64,000 nucleotides of DNA, taken from Promethearchaeota archaeon. Its GTDB lineage: Archaea > Asgardarchaeota > Lokiarchaeia > Sigyniarchaeales > SOKP01. Both the position numbers and the translations under genes were made by a program. The notes beneath the pieces are model-generated. The model made no database searches and had not been told where the DNA came from. It was given only the letters and a program-made list of their open reading frames with translations. The stretch is taken from the NCBI GenBank assembly GCA_011364925.1, contig RDOA01000013.1, forward strand, positions 16,205-80,204, in the 5' to 3' direction. Shown here in pieces: positions 40,395-51,163 of the stretch (position 1 is the first letter of the stretch; every line of letters starts with the position of its first letter).

Positions 40395-40784
40395 TTAAAA
40401 CTTAAATTTAGTAAACTCTTCTTGTTTCTTCATCCATTTTTTAATTGAATTTATTGTCCTACTGCAATCAAAATAATTAAAATTATTATTGGATTTGTCC
40501 TTTCCTGAAACGAACTTAACATTATACATCCCTGGAATTTTTTGATAAGCAAACCGGCAACTGTTCCTTTCCGCTTCTTTCACAATTTCTAAAGCTAATT
40601 TATATATTCCTTCCGAAAAATAAAACTCACAGGGTACAACGGTTTCATTAAAGAGTTCAGCTGCTTGGACCCACGTAGGATCTTGGTACTCGTTCATATT
40701 GGATTCTAACAAATGCCTTACTTTTTGTTCAATAAAGTTTTGGATACGACCTCTAGCATCAATTTTATGATCAGTTCCCGCCAT
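40395..40784 (-). CDS. Hypothetical protein, possibly frameshifted near its end
   Basis: 129-aa ORF; protein-like -1 frame continues to 40288. Confidence 0.6.
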   Translation of the reverse strand: MAGTDHKIDARGRIQNFIEQKVRHLLESNMNEYQDPTWVQAAELFNETVVPCEFYFSEGIYKLALEIVKEAERNSCRFAYQKIPGMYNVKFVSGKDKSNNNFNYFDCSRTINSIKKWMKKQEEFTKFKF

Positions 40785-40932
40785 TTTTAATTATTACTTC
40801 TTTTAATTGTTTGATTTAATTACTATTTATTTCTTTATTTTTAAAGAGAAAAATCTCAAGATATTTATGATTTTAGAGATATAAAAATTTAAAAGAAAAA
40901 TAGAAAGAAATAAAAAATAAAACTAATAGTTA

Positions 40933-42621
40933 TTAATACATATCGGGGGGCATTCCCATACCACCCATACCCGGACCACCCATACCACCCATCCCTGGTG
41001 GCATACCACCAGGAGGCATTCCAGGCGGGCCAGCACTTTTAGCTCCTGCAATAACATCGTCTATACGAAGAATCATAGAGGCTGCTTCAGTGGAGCTTTT
41101 AATTGCTTGCACTTTAACTATGGTAGGTTCGACTACACCAACGGACATCATGTTATCGATGACATCGCCCGTTTCGAGGTCGTGTCCTGCAAACTTGTTT
41201 CCTGCTTGGTGAGAGGCTCGTAATTTCATGAGCACTTCGATTTGGTCTAATCCAGCGTTTTCTGCGAGCGTTTTAGGGATAATGTCCAGGGTATCAGCGA
41301 AAACTTCGACAGCGAGTTGTTCGCGACCGCCTAGAGTCTGAGCAAATTTTCTCAACTGAATGGCAGTTTCAATCTCTGGAGCGCCACCGCCTCCAACAAC
41401 TTTTTGATCTTCTACGACATCTCTGACTACGCATAAAGCGTCGTGAATTGCTCTTTCCACTTCGTCAATGATGAGATCGGTTCCACCTCTGATAAGAATT
41501 ACCACAGACTTAGGATCTTTACATTCTTCAATGAAAATCCAGCTATCGTTCATAATTTTGCGTTCTTCGACTAAACCAGCGTAGCCAAGCTTATCTTCGG
41601 TCACATCGTCAAGGTTGGTGAAAATCATTCCACCAGTGGCTTTTGAGAGTTTTTCCAAGTCAGATTTCTTAACGCGTCTGACGGCCATTACATTTGCTTT
41701 TGTGAGAAAGTGTTGCGCCATATCATCAATTCCCTTCTGACAGACTACAACATTAGCTCCCGAATTCACGATCTTTTCGACCATGGTTCTGAGCATTCGT
41801 TCCTCTTCGTCGAGGAATTGTTGAATCTGATCTGGGCTGGTAATCTGAAGTTTCGCGTCAAATTCCGTTTTCTCAATTTCTAAAGCGCTTTGTAATAAGA
41901 GAATCTTGGCGTCTTTAATGAGTTTAGGCATTCCAGGACTGACAACTTCTTTGTCCAAAATAATCCCTTTAATGAGGGAAGTTTCATCAATTGATTCTCC
42001 TTCCTTCTTTTGAATTTGGACTTTTTCAATGTCAGCGTCCCACTTACCATTCTCATCTTTTACGGCGATTGCTTTTATTGCGTCAATACAAATTTCAGCA
42101 AGCATTTCTTTTGACTCTGAAACGATTTTAGAGGACATACAAGTCATTGCAGAATTCTTTAATCCATCATTATCTTCAATTCCGCTTTTAATAGACATTT
42201 TATCTAAAATTTCAACGGATTTCTCAGCAGCTTTTCGAAAACCTTCGGTAATAACTGTTGGATGTATTTTTTGTTGTAAAAGTTTTTCAGCGCGTTTTAA
42301 CAATTCACCGGCAAGGATTACGGAAGTAGTAGTGCCATCGCCTACTTCAGTATCTTGAGTTTTAGCGACTTCGACCATCATTTTTGCAGCTGGATGTTGA
42401 ACATCGATTTCTTTTAGGATTGTAGCCCCATCGTTGGTAATAACTACGTCGCCAAATTGATCGACGAGCATCTTATCCATTCCTCGAGGTCCTAAAGAAG
42501 TTCGAACAGCTTCAGCAATAACTTTCGCAGCTGTGATGTTATTTTCCATAGCGTCTTTTCCACGGGTTCTTTCGGTCCCTTCCTTCATAATTAGGATAGG
42601 TTGACCGCCTAATTGTGCCAT
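40933..42621 (-). CDS. ths: Thermosome subunit (group II chaperonin)
   Basis: LGPRGMDKML, TNDGATIL, GDGTTT, GGM-rich tail. Confidence 0.98.
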   Translation of the reverse strand: MAQLGGQPILIMKEGTERTRGKDAMENNITAAKVIAEAVRTSLGPRGMDKMLVDQFGDVVITNDGATILKEIDVQHPAAKMMVEVAKTQDTEVGDGTTTSVILAGELLKRAEKLLQQKIHPTVITEGFRKAAEKSVEILDKMSIKSGIEDNDGLKNSAMTCMSSKIVSESKEMLAEICIDAIKAIAVKDENGKWDADIEKVQIQKKEGESIDETSLIKGIILDKEVVSPGMPKLIKDAKILLLQSALEIEKTEFDAKLQITSPDQIQQFLDEEERMLRTMVEKIVNSGANVVVCQKGIDDMAQHFLTKANVMAVRRVKKSDLEKLSKATGGMIFTNLDDVTEDKLGYAGLVEERKIMNDSWIFIEECKDPKSVVILIRGGTDLIIDEVERAIHDALCVVRDVVEDQKVVGGGGAPEIETAIQLRKFAQTLGGREQLAVEVFADTLDIIPKTLAENAGLDQIEVLMKLRASHQAGNKFAGHDLETGDVIDNMMSVGVVEPTIVKVQAIKSSTEAASMILRIDDVIAGAKSAGPPGMPPGGMPPGMGGMGGPGMGGMGMPPDMY

Positions 42622-42941
42622 TTTAAATTCACACTAATTTGTTTTTTTTTATAATTATTAATAGTTATATAATGATCTCTAAGTCATAAAATTAAAAAAG
42701 TTTACGAAAATTGTAATTTTTAAACCATGGCAGGGTGAGCTTTTAAAGTATTTCTTCAAGGGAATTTTTTTTCTATTTTTTCAATTGAATATTCATCGAA
42801 CTCAGACGCTGAATTTACTTTTCCATTCCGATTTCAAAGTAAATTGGGAGAAAATTTAAATTCAATATAAATTCTATATGCTAGGTGTAAATATTTTCAA
42901 CATAGTACTATTTTATGATATTGCTCTGAGAATGGTTAGCT

Positions 42942-43853
42942 ATGAGTAAAATAAAATTTGGAGTAACAATAAATGGAGCGGTAGAAATGCAACATAGGTC
43001 AGATTACAATGCACTTAAAAAAATAGCAAAAGAATGTGAAAGTTTGGGTTATGATTCACTTTGGGCAATGGATCATCTTTTATGGGGAAATAGCAATGAG
43101 GGGAATGTTTTCGAAGTATGGGTGCTACTTTCAGCACTTGCAATGGAAACCAAATCTATTAAACTCGGACCCTTGGTGGCTTGTAATTCTTTTAGAAATC
43201 CCGCTCTTACAGCTAAAATTACATCCACACTTGATGTTATCTCTAATGGAAGATTAATATTTGGTTATGGTGCTGGTTGGAAGGTAGAAGAATACGAAGC
43301 TTATGGTTTTCATTTTGAAGATTCAATCACAAGGGTGAACCAGATGAGGGAAGGAATAGTTTTAATAAAAAAGCTCTGGACTGAAGAAAAAACAACTTTT
43401 AAAGGAAATTACTATGAAGCAAAAGACGCGATCTGTAATCCAAAGCCAATACAAAAACCACATCCTCCTATCATGATTGGTGGGGGAGGTGAAAAGTATA
43501 CTCTAAAGGTTGCAGCCGAAATTGGAAATATTTGGAATGTATGGGGTCCTAACGCGGAAGATTATAAAAGAAAGGTGAATATTCTACAAAAGCATTGCGA
43601 TACCATCGGAAGAAAAATGGAGGATATCTCTCTATCATGGACTGGTAATATTTTAATCGGGAAAAATGATAAAGATTTGAATGACAAAGTTAGAAAATTT
43701 GGAAAAGATATTAGTTTTGTATGTACCTATAACAATTGCATAAATTTGCCACAAGATTATATAGATGTGGGATGTAATGAATTCATTTTTTCATTGTATA
43801 CTTTTAATGAGGAAAAAGAGACCTTTATGGAAGAAATTGCTTCGTCATTTTAG
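42942..43853 (+). CDS. LLM-class (probably F420-dependent) oxidoreductase
   Basis: W.MDH, FRNPAL.AK, SNGRL..G.GAGW, PKPIQKPHPPIMIGGGGEK. Confidence 0.9.
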   Translation: MSKIKFGVTINGAVEMQHRSDYNALKKIAKECESLGYDSLWAMDHLLWGNSNEGNVFEVWVLLSALAMETKSIKLGPLVACNSFRNPALTAKITSTLDVISNGRLIFGYGAGWKVEEYEAYGFHFEDSITRVNQMREGIVLIKKLWTEEKTTFKGNYYEAKDAICNPKPIQKPHPPIMIGGGGEKYTLKVAAEIGNIWNVWGPNAEDYKRKVNILQKHCDTIGRKMEDISLSWTGNILIGKNDKDLNDKVRKFGKDISFVCTYNNCINLPQDYIDVGCNEFIFSLYTFNEEKETFMEEIASSF

Positions 43854-43917
43854 ATAGAATTTTATATAATATTGGGGATGCGGATTAGCGGAAGATATCA
43901 AGGAGAGTAATAAAAGA

Positions 43918-44424
43918 ATGAGGATTTTAGTATTTCTCCATGGAACCTGTATCATGCACAGGAATGCCTTAGGTCTATCAAGAATGCAAATAGTACGGCA
44001 AGTTATTGAGAATACTGATGAATCAATCTCAGATTTTGCTTCCTATATTCCAATTGGTAGAGCTGTTAAGAAATTAACATCATGGCAAAATCAAGGGGCT
44101 GAGATTTCATATCTTAGTTCTCATTTAACTATTGAAAATATGAAAAAGGACGAAATGGTATTAAAAAAATATAATTTCCCTAATGGTACTATATTTTATC
44201 GGCAAAATGAAGAAGATTGGAATTTACAAATTGAAAAAGCAAAACCTGATCTAATAATTGAAGATGACTGCGAGAGTATTGGGGGAAAATATCAGATGAC
44301 ATTCCCTAATCTTAAGCCGGAATTTCAATCTAATATAACTTCAATTGTTACAAAAGAATTTGCTGGAATTGACCATCTTCCTGATGATATAGATAAGCTA
44401 AAGGATTTTGCTGCTGAACTATGA
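43918..44424 (+). CDS. Hypothetical protein, HAD-like fold
   Basis: ILVFLHGT, YLSS, LIIEDD; canonical motif-I Asp absent. Confidence 0.65.
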   Translation: MRILVFLHGTCIMHRNALGLSRMQIVRQVIENTDESISDFASYIPIGRAVKKLTSWQNQGAEISYLSSHLTIENMKKDEMVLKKYNFPNGTIFYRQNEEDWNLQIEKAKPDLIIEDDCESIGGKYQMTFPNLKPEFQSNITSIVTKEFAGIDHLPDDIDKLKDFAAEL

Positions 44425-44590
44425 TATTATCCATAAGATTCTTCAAATGAATTTTCATTGAAATCAGACATTGAATGTCCCTTTCCCTTTTAAGACAAAA
44501 GTTTTTGATAAATTTGTAAAAACTTTTATTGAATAGAATTATAACTAAACTTACCTTTGAATCCAAATATTAAAAATTAAAGTAAAAGAG

Positions 44591-44905
44591 GTGTGTTTCA
44601 TGATTTTTATGGTAACGAATTGGTACCCATTTCATAAAGAAGAAGAAGTAGCCAAAATACAACTAAAAGTGCCTCAACAATTTCCACCTTATATTAAAAA
44701 ATGGCAATTGTTTGGAACTGCTGACGGAAGAAGGGGTCTTAAAGGTTATGGTATTGTGTATACAGATCCCGAAAAAGTGGATGAAGCAGGAAGATATATA
44801 ACAAAAGTAATGAGTTTATTTAATGAAGTTGAAGGATATACCTGGAAAGTAGAACCGTTAATGGGTATGAAAGACTTTCAAAAAATGCAATCTCTGAAGC
44901 TGTGA
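44591..44905 (+). CDS. Hypothetical protein
   Basis: About 100-aa ORF; probable ATG start at 44600 behind GAGGTG. Confidence 0.7.
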   Translation: MCFMIFMVTNWYPFHKEEEVAKIQLKVPQQFPPYIKKWQLFGTADGRRGLKGYGIVYTDPEKVDEAGRYITKVMSLFNEVEGYTWKVEPLMGMKDFQKMQSLKL

Positions 44906-45177
44906 TTTTTTATCTGAAATATGCTATTTAGAAAACTAAATTTCTTTTTTTATTCTTTTTTTTGAAAATATAAGTTTTTAAACTTGAAGTAGTGCTTAAT
45001 TTTCATTTTCAAAATAATCAAATATAAGAATAAAAAACCTATATGATGCTCTCTCGACGAAATTTCTGAAAGAGAAAAAAGGCACTGATATTAGGATTCA
45101 GCTTAGGTTTTTATATTTCAAACGAATATTATAAATTAACATCTTGAAATGAAGAATCGAAATACTTACAATAGAGA

Positions 45178-46467
45178 ATGAAGAAATATAAACAAATCCT
45201 ATATCATTCAAATAGGTTAAGCACAGTTAAGAAGTGCTTAATTTCACTAATATCAGTCAACCTTTTTCTGGTAGTTCTATTTCAAGGACTACTTATCTCC
45301 ACAGATGTTTTACCTCTTAATAAAAAGATTGGTATTAAAGCATCAGTTCCACAATATTGGCCAACTAATGGCTGGCGCACCTCCCAACCTGAAATTCAAG
45401 GAATGAGTTCTGCAAAACTACAAGAATTGCATGCGTATATTCGTGATGCGGATTTACCGCTAGATTCAGTAATAGTGGTTCGGAATGGTTACATTGTTTA
45501 TGAAGATTATCCTAACTCTCCTAGATATAGAGAACATACACTTCACATTCTCCATTCTGTAACAAAGAGTTTTACATCTGCTCTGACGGGAATTGCTATT
45601 CAGGAAGGTTACATCGGAAGCGTTCATGATACTGTTCTCTCTTACTTCCCTAACAGAACAATCGCCAATGTTGATGCATGGAAACAGAATATGACACTGG
45701 AACATTTACTTAATATGATGGCAGGAATGGAATGGGATGAATGGACCTACCCATATTCAGATCCACGTAATGATCTTAACCAAATGGTTAACAGCGGTGA
45801 TTGCATCCAATTTATGCTGGATAGAAATATGACGGCACCCCCAGGATCAGTCTGGCTTTACAATACCGGTGCTTCTCACCTTTTAGCAGGAATTATTCGC
45901 CAAACTACGGGAAAAACACCACTTCAATACGGTTTTGAAGTCTTGTTTACCCCACTTGGTATAACAGATGTACAATGGACGAGTGATTCTCAAGGTCTCA
46001 ATTTTGGGGGCAGCGAATTACGCCTTAAACCTCGTGATATGGCAAAGTTTGGATTCCTTTACCTTAATAATGGTACGTGGGATGGGCAACAGATTGTTCC
46101 AGAAGCTTGGGTTTCCCAATCACGCGAATCCGCAGTAATTCCTTGGAGTGGGACAGGGTATGGGTATCTATGGTGGAAATCTCAAAGCTTGGGTACATTT
46201 GAGGCTCGGGGACTTTATAATCAATGGATTATTGTAAATCCTGAAAACGATCTTGTAATTATTTTTACAGCAACTGATATCTACGGACATATTCCAATTG
46301 TTTATCTAGTTAGAGATTTTATTATTTCAGCTATAGGGGTATTTCCCTTAGACGATGCGGTATTTCCGTGGGAAATGACATTAACTTTGTCTTTCATTAT
46401 TGGAGTTCCTAGTACAGTAATTATTATAGTAATGGTGCGAAAAAAAAAGCGGGTCAATAAAAATTGA
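45178..46467 (+). CDS. Serine hydrolase, beta-lactamase/AmpC-like, membrane anchored
   Basis: HSVTKS (SxxK), YNT, PRDMAKFG.LYL, YGYLWW; N-terminal signal/TM and C-terminal TM with KKKR. Confidence 0.9.
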   Translation: MKKYKQILYHSNRLSTVKKCLISLISVNLFLVVLFQGLLISTDVLPLNKKIGIKASVPQYWPTNGWRTSQPEIQGMSSAKLQELHAYIRDADLPLDSVIVVRNGYIVYEDYPNSPRYREHTLHILHSVTKSFTSALTGIAIQEGYIGSVHDTVLSYFPNRTIANVDAWKQNMTLEHLLNMMAGMEWDEWTYPYSDPRNDLNQMVNSGDCIQFMLDRNMTAPPGSVWLYNTGASHLLAGIIRQTTGKTPLQYGFEVLFTPLGITDVQWTSDSQGLNFGGSELRLKPRDMAKFGFLYLNNGTWDGQQIVPEAWVSQSRESAVIPWSGTGYGYLWWKSQSLGTFEARGLYNQWIIVNPENDLVIIFTATDIYGHIPIVYLVRDFIISAIGVFPLDDAVFPWEMTLTLSFIIGVPSTVIIIVMVRKKKRVNKN

Positions 46468-46560
46468 AGTAGGCGTTTCGAATTTGGGAAGGAGATTTCG
46501 AATAGTTTAATAATAGGATTAGAAGACTAAATCTTCAAAATTAAAAATGCAAAAATTTCT

Positions 46561-46722
46561 TTATTTTTGAAGTTCTCTTTTCTTTAAGCGTAAATCTTTA
46601 GATCTGCATCTACGACATTTTTTTGCTCTTAAGGGATTTAAAGCTCCGCATTTGCGACACACCGTTTTCATTAATAAGTGATGTCGCGCTATTTTTCTTT
46701 TATAAGGGTCATCGATCGGCAT
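46561..46722 (-). CDS. rpl40e: 50S ribosomal protein L40e
   Basis: Not in ORF track; [53 protein letters not shown]. Confidence 0.95.
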   Translation of the reverse strand: MPIDDPYKRKIARHHLLMKTVCRKCGALNPLRAKKCRRCRSKDLRLKKRELQK

Positions 46723-46963
46723 CTGATATTCACATTTATCTACTGATTTTTCTGTTCAATTTAATAATTTTTTAACTGTTATTCTTTTTGAAACTATTAT
46801 ACTAAGCTTTTAATTTAGTTTCATTTAAAGAATAAATTGAAAAACATTGGAAAGCTAAAAAATTTTATGATATGATTACAGACTATAAAGAAATAAAGTA
46901 AAAATTAAAATTTTATAAATAATTTTAAGCTATAAGTTAGAGTCAAATTAATAACAAATTTAG

Positions 46964-47167
46964 TTGAAAAAGTTGCCAAGCGAGATATTTAACGAGGAAA
47001 AGTTTTTAGAATTAGCAAAGACTGCTGTCCATTGTCGGGTTAAACGAGTAAAAGATGTTGTGAAGTTGAAACTAAGGACCAAAAATCAGCTTTATACATA
47101 TAAGACGGATCCTGAGACTGCTGATCGACTTGTAAGAAATCTTACATGTGATATTTTAGAGATATAA
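46964..47167 (+). CDS. rpl38e: Ribosomal protein L38e
   Basis: PSEI....FLE.A....RVKR....VKLKLRTKNQLYT. Confidence 0.85.
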   Translation: MKKLPSEIFNEEKFLELAKTAVHCRVKRVKDVVKLKLRTKNQLYTYKTDPETADRLVRNLTCDILEI

Positions 47168-47183
47168 GTGGAAAAGAAGCTAA

Positions 47184-47693
47184 ATGAAAAATCTTCCTGC
47201 GTGTAAAACATGTATAAATTCTGGATTTTTATGTACTAGTTGTCAAGATAAACTAGATACAGGAATTCTGACTCAATTTGAATTAGATTTAGCAAAAGAT
47301 TTACTAGTTTTGGAAGATGAAGAACGTTTTGGATTTCTAAAAGAAATTTCTTTCTTCAAAGCAATTGACTTCGAAGACGTTGTTATATTCGTTATTGGAA
47401 AGAAAGATAAAATCAAAATCTCTCAAAACTTAATAAACTGGATAAAAGAAACGTACGAAATAGACGAGTTAATAATAGTCGAACAGACAAAAAATCCTCG
47501 AGTTGCTTTAGAAAGTATAATTGCTCCAAGCAAATTAATTTCACTTAACGAAATTTTTCTCGCTACTGGAGACATTGAATTTAAAGGAGTTCTCTCTAAA
47601 AAAGATCAAGATACTATCTTATTTACTAAGGAAGAACTTGAAGAATTAATTCTTGAACTCACCGGCAAAATTATTCGAATTGAATTTGAATAA
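47184..47693 (+). CDS. Archaeal NusA-like protein with Zn finger
   Basis: PACKTC..SG.LC.SCQ.K N-terminus followed by a KH-like region. Confidence 0.75.
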   Translation: MKNLPACKTCINSGFLCTSCQDKLDTGILTQFELDLAKDLLVLEDEERFGFLKEISFFKAIDFEDVVIFVIGKKDKIKISQNLINWIKETYEIDELIIVEQTKNPRVALESIIAPSKLISLNEIFLATGDIEFKGVLSKKDQDTILFTKEELEELILELTGKIIRIEFE

Positions 47694-47753
47694 GAGTAAT
47701 TGCTTTATTTCTCAATTTCTTAATTTCATATTATCGAATAGGTTTGATATATT

Positions 47754-48110
47754 GTGGATGAATATAAACAGATTATCTTAGTGCGGACTGATTTAAAGAT
47801 GGGCACAGGGAAAAAGTGTGCTCAAGCCTGTCACGCTTCGCTATCTTCAGCTGATTTAGTTAGGGTACAAAATAAAGACGTCTGGAAAAAATGGAAGAAT
47901 ACAGGGCAAAAGAAAGTAATTCTGCGAATCAGTGGTATGGAAGAATTACATGAAGTTGTATCAAAATTGGAAAAGAGTAAAATCCCTTTCTTTTTAGTTA
48001 GAGACGCTGGTTTAACTCAGCTTACTCCGGGGACTACTACTGCATTAGGAATAGGTCCCGCGCTCTCGGAATCTTTAGATAAAATTACAGGGGAATTTAA
48101 GTTATTGTAA
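47754..48110 (+). CDS. pth2: Peptidyl-tRNA hydrolase Pth2
   Basis: [31 protein letters not shown]. Confidence 0.96.
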   Translation: MDEYKQIILVRTDLKMGTGKKCAQACHASLSSADLVRVQNKDVWKKWKNTGQKKVILRISGMEELHEVVSKLEKSKIPFFLVRDAGLTQLTPGTTTALGIGPALSESLDKITGEFKLL

Positions 48111-48136
48111 AATAAAATACTTTTAGGCTATTAAAA

Positions 48137-49522
48137 TTGGAAGAATATAGTGATAATAATTACGACGCAAATAATGTTAGTAATAGAGATATAGAGCAAG
48201 TTGTAGGAATTGAAGTTTATTCCACTTCTGGAATAGAAGGCATTCAAGGAACTATAAAAAGTCGGTATAAAGACTTCATAGTTAAAGAGATCACTCATAC
48301 GGGGCATGTTTTAGAAATCAACGAGGATTACACTCCTCCTAATTATTCTGAGGAAACTAAGGATAATTATACTACTTTTAATCTAATAAAAGTTAATAAA
48401 GATACGTTCGAAGCTGTAAGAATAATTAGCAAAGCATTAGGTATAGCTCCTAAAATGATCAGCTATGCTGGATTAAAGGATAAACGAGCAATAAGCGTTC
48501 AACAAGCATCTGTTCGTGGAAATTATATCGAAGAGTTAATGAATTTGAAAGTACAAGACATCTTTATTAGAAACATTAATCCTACAAAAAATCCTGTTAA
48601 ATTAGGAAGTAACTGGGGAAACTATTTTGAAATTACTATTCGTAATATTGAGGATACTGGAAGTGAAAAAAAGAGAATTGATGATATCTTAGAAAAATTG
48701 CGCAGTAATGGATTTCCGAATTATTTTGGGCTTCAAAGATTTGGAACTTTTAGACCAAATTCACACCTAATAGGAAGATATATCCTAGAGAACGATTTTA
48801 AGAAAGCCTTTGAGGAATTCGTCACGAAAACTTATCCATCAGAAGTTCCTCAATCTCTCAAGGCAAGAGCGGATCTAAAAAAGACAGGCAATCTCGAGAG
48901 TGCATACGATGCGTTTCCTAAAAGTTTAAATTATGAGCGCTGGCTCATCAAATATATGATAGATAACCCTGATGATTACGAGGGAGCTATCAACCATTTA
49001 CCAAATTATCTCATAAAACTACTTTTAAGTTCATTTCAGTCATATTTATTTAATCGAATGTTATCTCTGAGATGCGCAAGAGGCCATTCTTTAAACTCCC
49101 CAGTTACAGGAGACATTTTTAGCATTTTAGACGATGAAAATGGTAATATTACGCAAACTAATTACAATTACGATGGACCATATGATAAATATCTTCTAAA
49201 AGCACGGGATTTAAATCGAGCTAAAATTGTATATCCATTAATAGGATACAATACAGACTTGGACGAATTTCCTCCTCTAAAAAATTTATTATTAGAAATA
49301 TTTGATAAGGAAGGAATTTCTGTAGAAATTTTTAGGAATAAATTGTTAGAGTTATACGAATTCAAAGGCTCCTTCAGGCCTATAATCACTAAGCCTATAG
49401 GCGTAAATGTTTTAGAATATTCATTAGATGATGTTTTTCAGGGAAAATGTAAGTTAAAAATCGAGTTTTCTCTACAAAAAGGCTCTTACGCGACATTACT
49501 TTTGCGAGAACTCATAAAATAA
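48137..49522 (+). CDS. truD: tRNA pseudouridine(13) synthase
   Basis: DFIVKE, YAGLKDKRAISVQ, GFPNYFGLQRFG, FSLQKGSYAT.LLRE. Confidence 0.96.
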   Translation: MEEYSDNNYDANNVSNRDIEQVVGIEVYSTSGIEGIQGTIKSRYKDFIVKEITHTGHVLEINEDYTPPNYSEETKDNYTTFNLIKVNKDTFEAVRIISKALGIAPKMISYAGLKDKRAISVQQASVRGNYIEELMNLKVQDIFIRNINPTKNPVKLGSNWGNYFEITIRNIEDTGSEKKRIDDILEKLRSNGFPNYFGLQRFGTFRPNSHLIGRYILENDFKKAFEEFVTKTYPSEVPQSLKARADLKKTGNLESAYDAFPKSLNYERWLIKYMIDNPDDYEGAINHLPNYLIKLLLSSFQSYLFNRMLSLRCARGHSLNSPVTGDIFSILDDENGNITQTNYNYDGPYDKYLLKARDLNRAKIVYPLIGYNTDLDEFPPLKNLLLEIFDKEGISVEIFRNKLLELYEFKGSFRPIITKPIGVNVLEYSLDDVFQGKCKLKIEFSLQKGSYATLLLRELIK

Positions 49523-49526
49523 AAAG

Positions 49527-51074
49527 CTAATCTATATGTATCTCATATTTTTGAATTGTTTCAATTCCAAGTATATTGTGAACTTTTACTGCAATAATAT
49601 GGTCTCCAATTTCGTTATAGGTATACCTTATCGAGGTTAAATTCAATTCACGATTTTTTAGAGTTCGAAAAGCTATCCAACTCGTAGAAAAATAATCTTG
49701 TTGACATTTAAAATCTATTGCCCAACTATCTATCCAATCAACGAACGATTCTACCTTTGCTTTAAGACTATCGTTAATAAATTTGAGATAAGGCATTGAA
49801 TATCCAATCAATTCAATAGTAACATTGTTGTTGTCTATATTCACCTTAATTTCAAACGAAGTTTGTTTAGATAAAGTATTTTGTGTTAAAGTCTGTTCGT
49901 TTTCAACTATATAGCTTTTGTGTATTTCAGAATCCTTTTGAGAATTGTCGATCTTTAAAATTTTAAATGGATTGGGAATTTGTTGATACTTTTGATCCCA
50001 ATCCAATAAGTTGTTACTGTTCCAAACATCTAGAATTCTTTTACGACATATTTCAATTGAATTTGGTTCTATATCTGTTCCTATCCATCTACGTCCGAGT
50101 TTCTCAGCCACAACTAAACTTGTACCAGTTCCACAAAAGAAATCTGCCACGATGTCGTTTTTATTCGATGATGCGAGGATTATCCGTTTCAATAGTCTTT
50201 CTGGCTTTTGTGTTGAAAATGCTTGATATTCAAGTGTGTTTGCCCTGATATAAGGCAAATCCGTCCAAACATCGCGAGGAAAAATACCATTTTTTGAAAC
50301 ATATACTTTTTGGGAAAGTTTCTTCCCATTATGACTTCCTCCCCTATAATAGAAAGTTCCCTTCTCGTCTTTTTTAAGAGCAAATTTCACTCTGTTAGAG
50401 TACTCCATGTAAATGTTAGGATTGTCGTTGAATGTATAGTCCGTAGATTTCGTATAGAATAAAATCGTATCAAAAGAGCGGATAAAAAACTTCCTTGTTT
50501 TAGCTGAAGCAGCAGGATAAGCCCATATTATTTCATTTTTAAAATTCTCTTTACCGAAAATTTCATCCAATACTATTTTTATGTAATGGGAAACATGCCA
50601 ATCTAAATGTACATAAATACTTCCATTTTCAGCAAGTAATTCCCTCATTAAAACTAGTCTTATATATAAAAAACTTATATATTCATCAATTCCTCCATCC
50701 CATGAATCTGAATAAGCTTTAGAGTTCTCAAACGCGTCAGTCTCTCCTATAAATGTTTTGGATTGAAAATCACTCCCCGTAGCAAAAGGTGGATCGATAT
50801 AGATTAAATTGATTTTTTTTTCAAATTTTTTCAAAAGAGATATCATGATCTCTTTGTTGTCTCCTTGGATTAAGTTATTTTCCCAAGTTTTTGAGGGTAT
50901 TTTAACCCTTTGATGATCTTCAATCGCCTTTTTCATTTTTTCATTTTCCAATCCAATGTTGTCTATAATTGGATATCGATTCAATTCCAAAGTAATACAA
51001 GGATAAATGGGGGGAGATTCGTTATCATAGGGTCTTACTGATCTATTTTTGTCTTTCCAATAAAGTTCCGGCAT
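49527..51074 (-). CDS. Site-specific DNA methyltransferase (N6A/N4C, beta class)
   Basis: IYIDPPF precedes TQKPERLL..II and DFFCGTGTS; probable ATG at 51074. Confidence 0.92.
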   Translation of the reverse strand: MPELYWKDKNRSVRPYDNESPPIYPCITLELNRYPIIDNIGLENEKMKKAIEDHQRVKIPSKTWENNLIQGDNKEIMISLLKKFEKKINLIYIDPPFATGSDFQSKTFIGETDAFENSKAYSDSWDGGIDEYISFLYIRLVLMRELLAENGSIYVHLDWHVSHYIKIVLDEIFGKENFKNEIIWAYPAASAKTRKFFIRSFDTILFYTKSTDYTFNDNPNIYMEYSNRVKFALKKDEKGTFYYRGGSHNGKKLSQKVYVSKNGIFPRDVWTDLPYIRANTLEYQAFSTQKPERLLKRIILASSNKNDIVADFFCGTGTSLVVAEKLGRRWIGTDIEPNSIEICRKRILDVWNSNNLLDWDQKYQQIPNPFKILKIDNSQKDSEIHKSYIVENEQTLTQNTLSKQTSFEIKVNIDNNNVTIELIGYSMPYLKFINDSLKAKVESFVDWIDSWAIDFKCQQDYFSTSWIAFRTLKNRELNLTSIRYTYNEIGDHIIAVKVHNILGIETIQKYEIHID

Positions 51075-51163
51075 TATTAATCGCCTATAAGATGGCAAAA
51101 GATTTATTCTTAATTTCCTTCACAAATTTAATTTAAGAAAAATTATGAGATTAGAAGGTTAGT

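Noticed and set aside
40933-42621. Raised GC content of the thermosome gene as a sign of horizontal transfer
   Set aside because: Better explained by codon bias of a highly expressed core gene and its Gly/Pro/Met tail.
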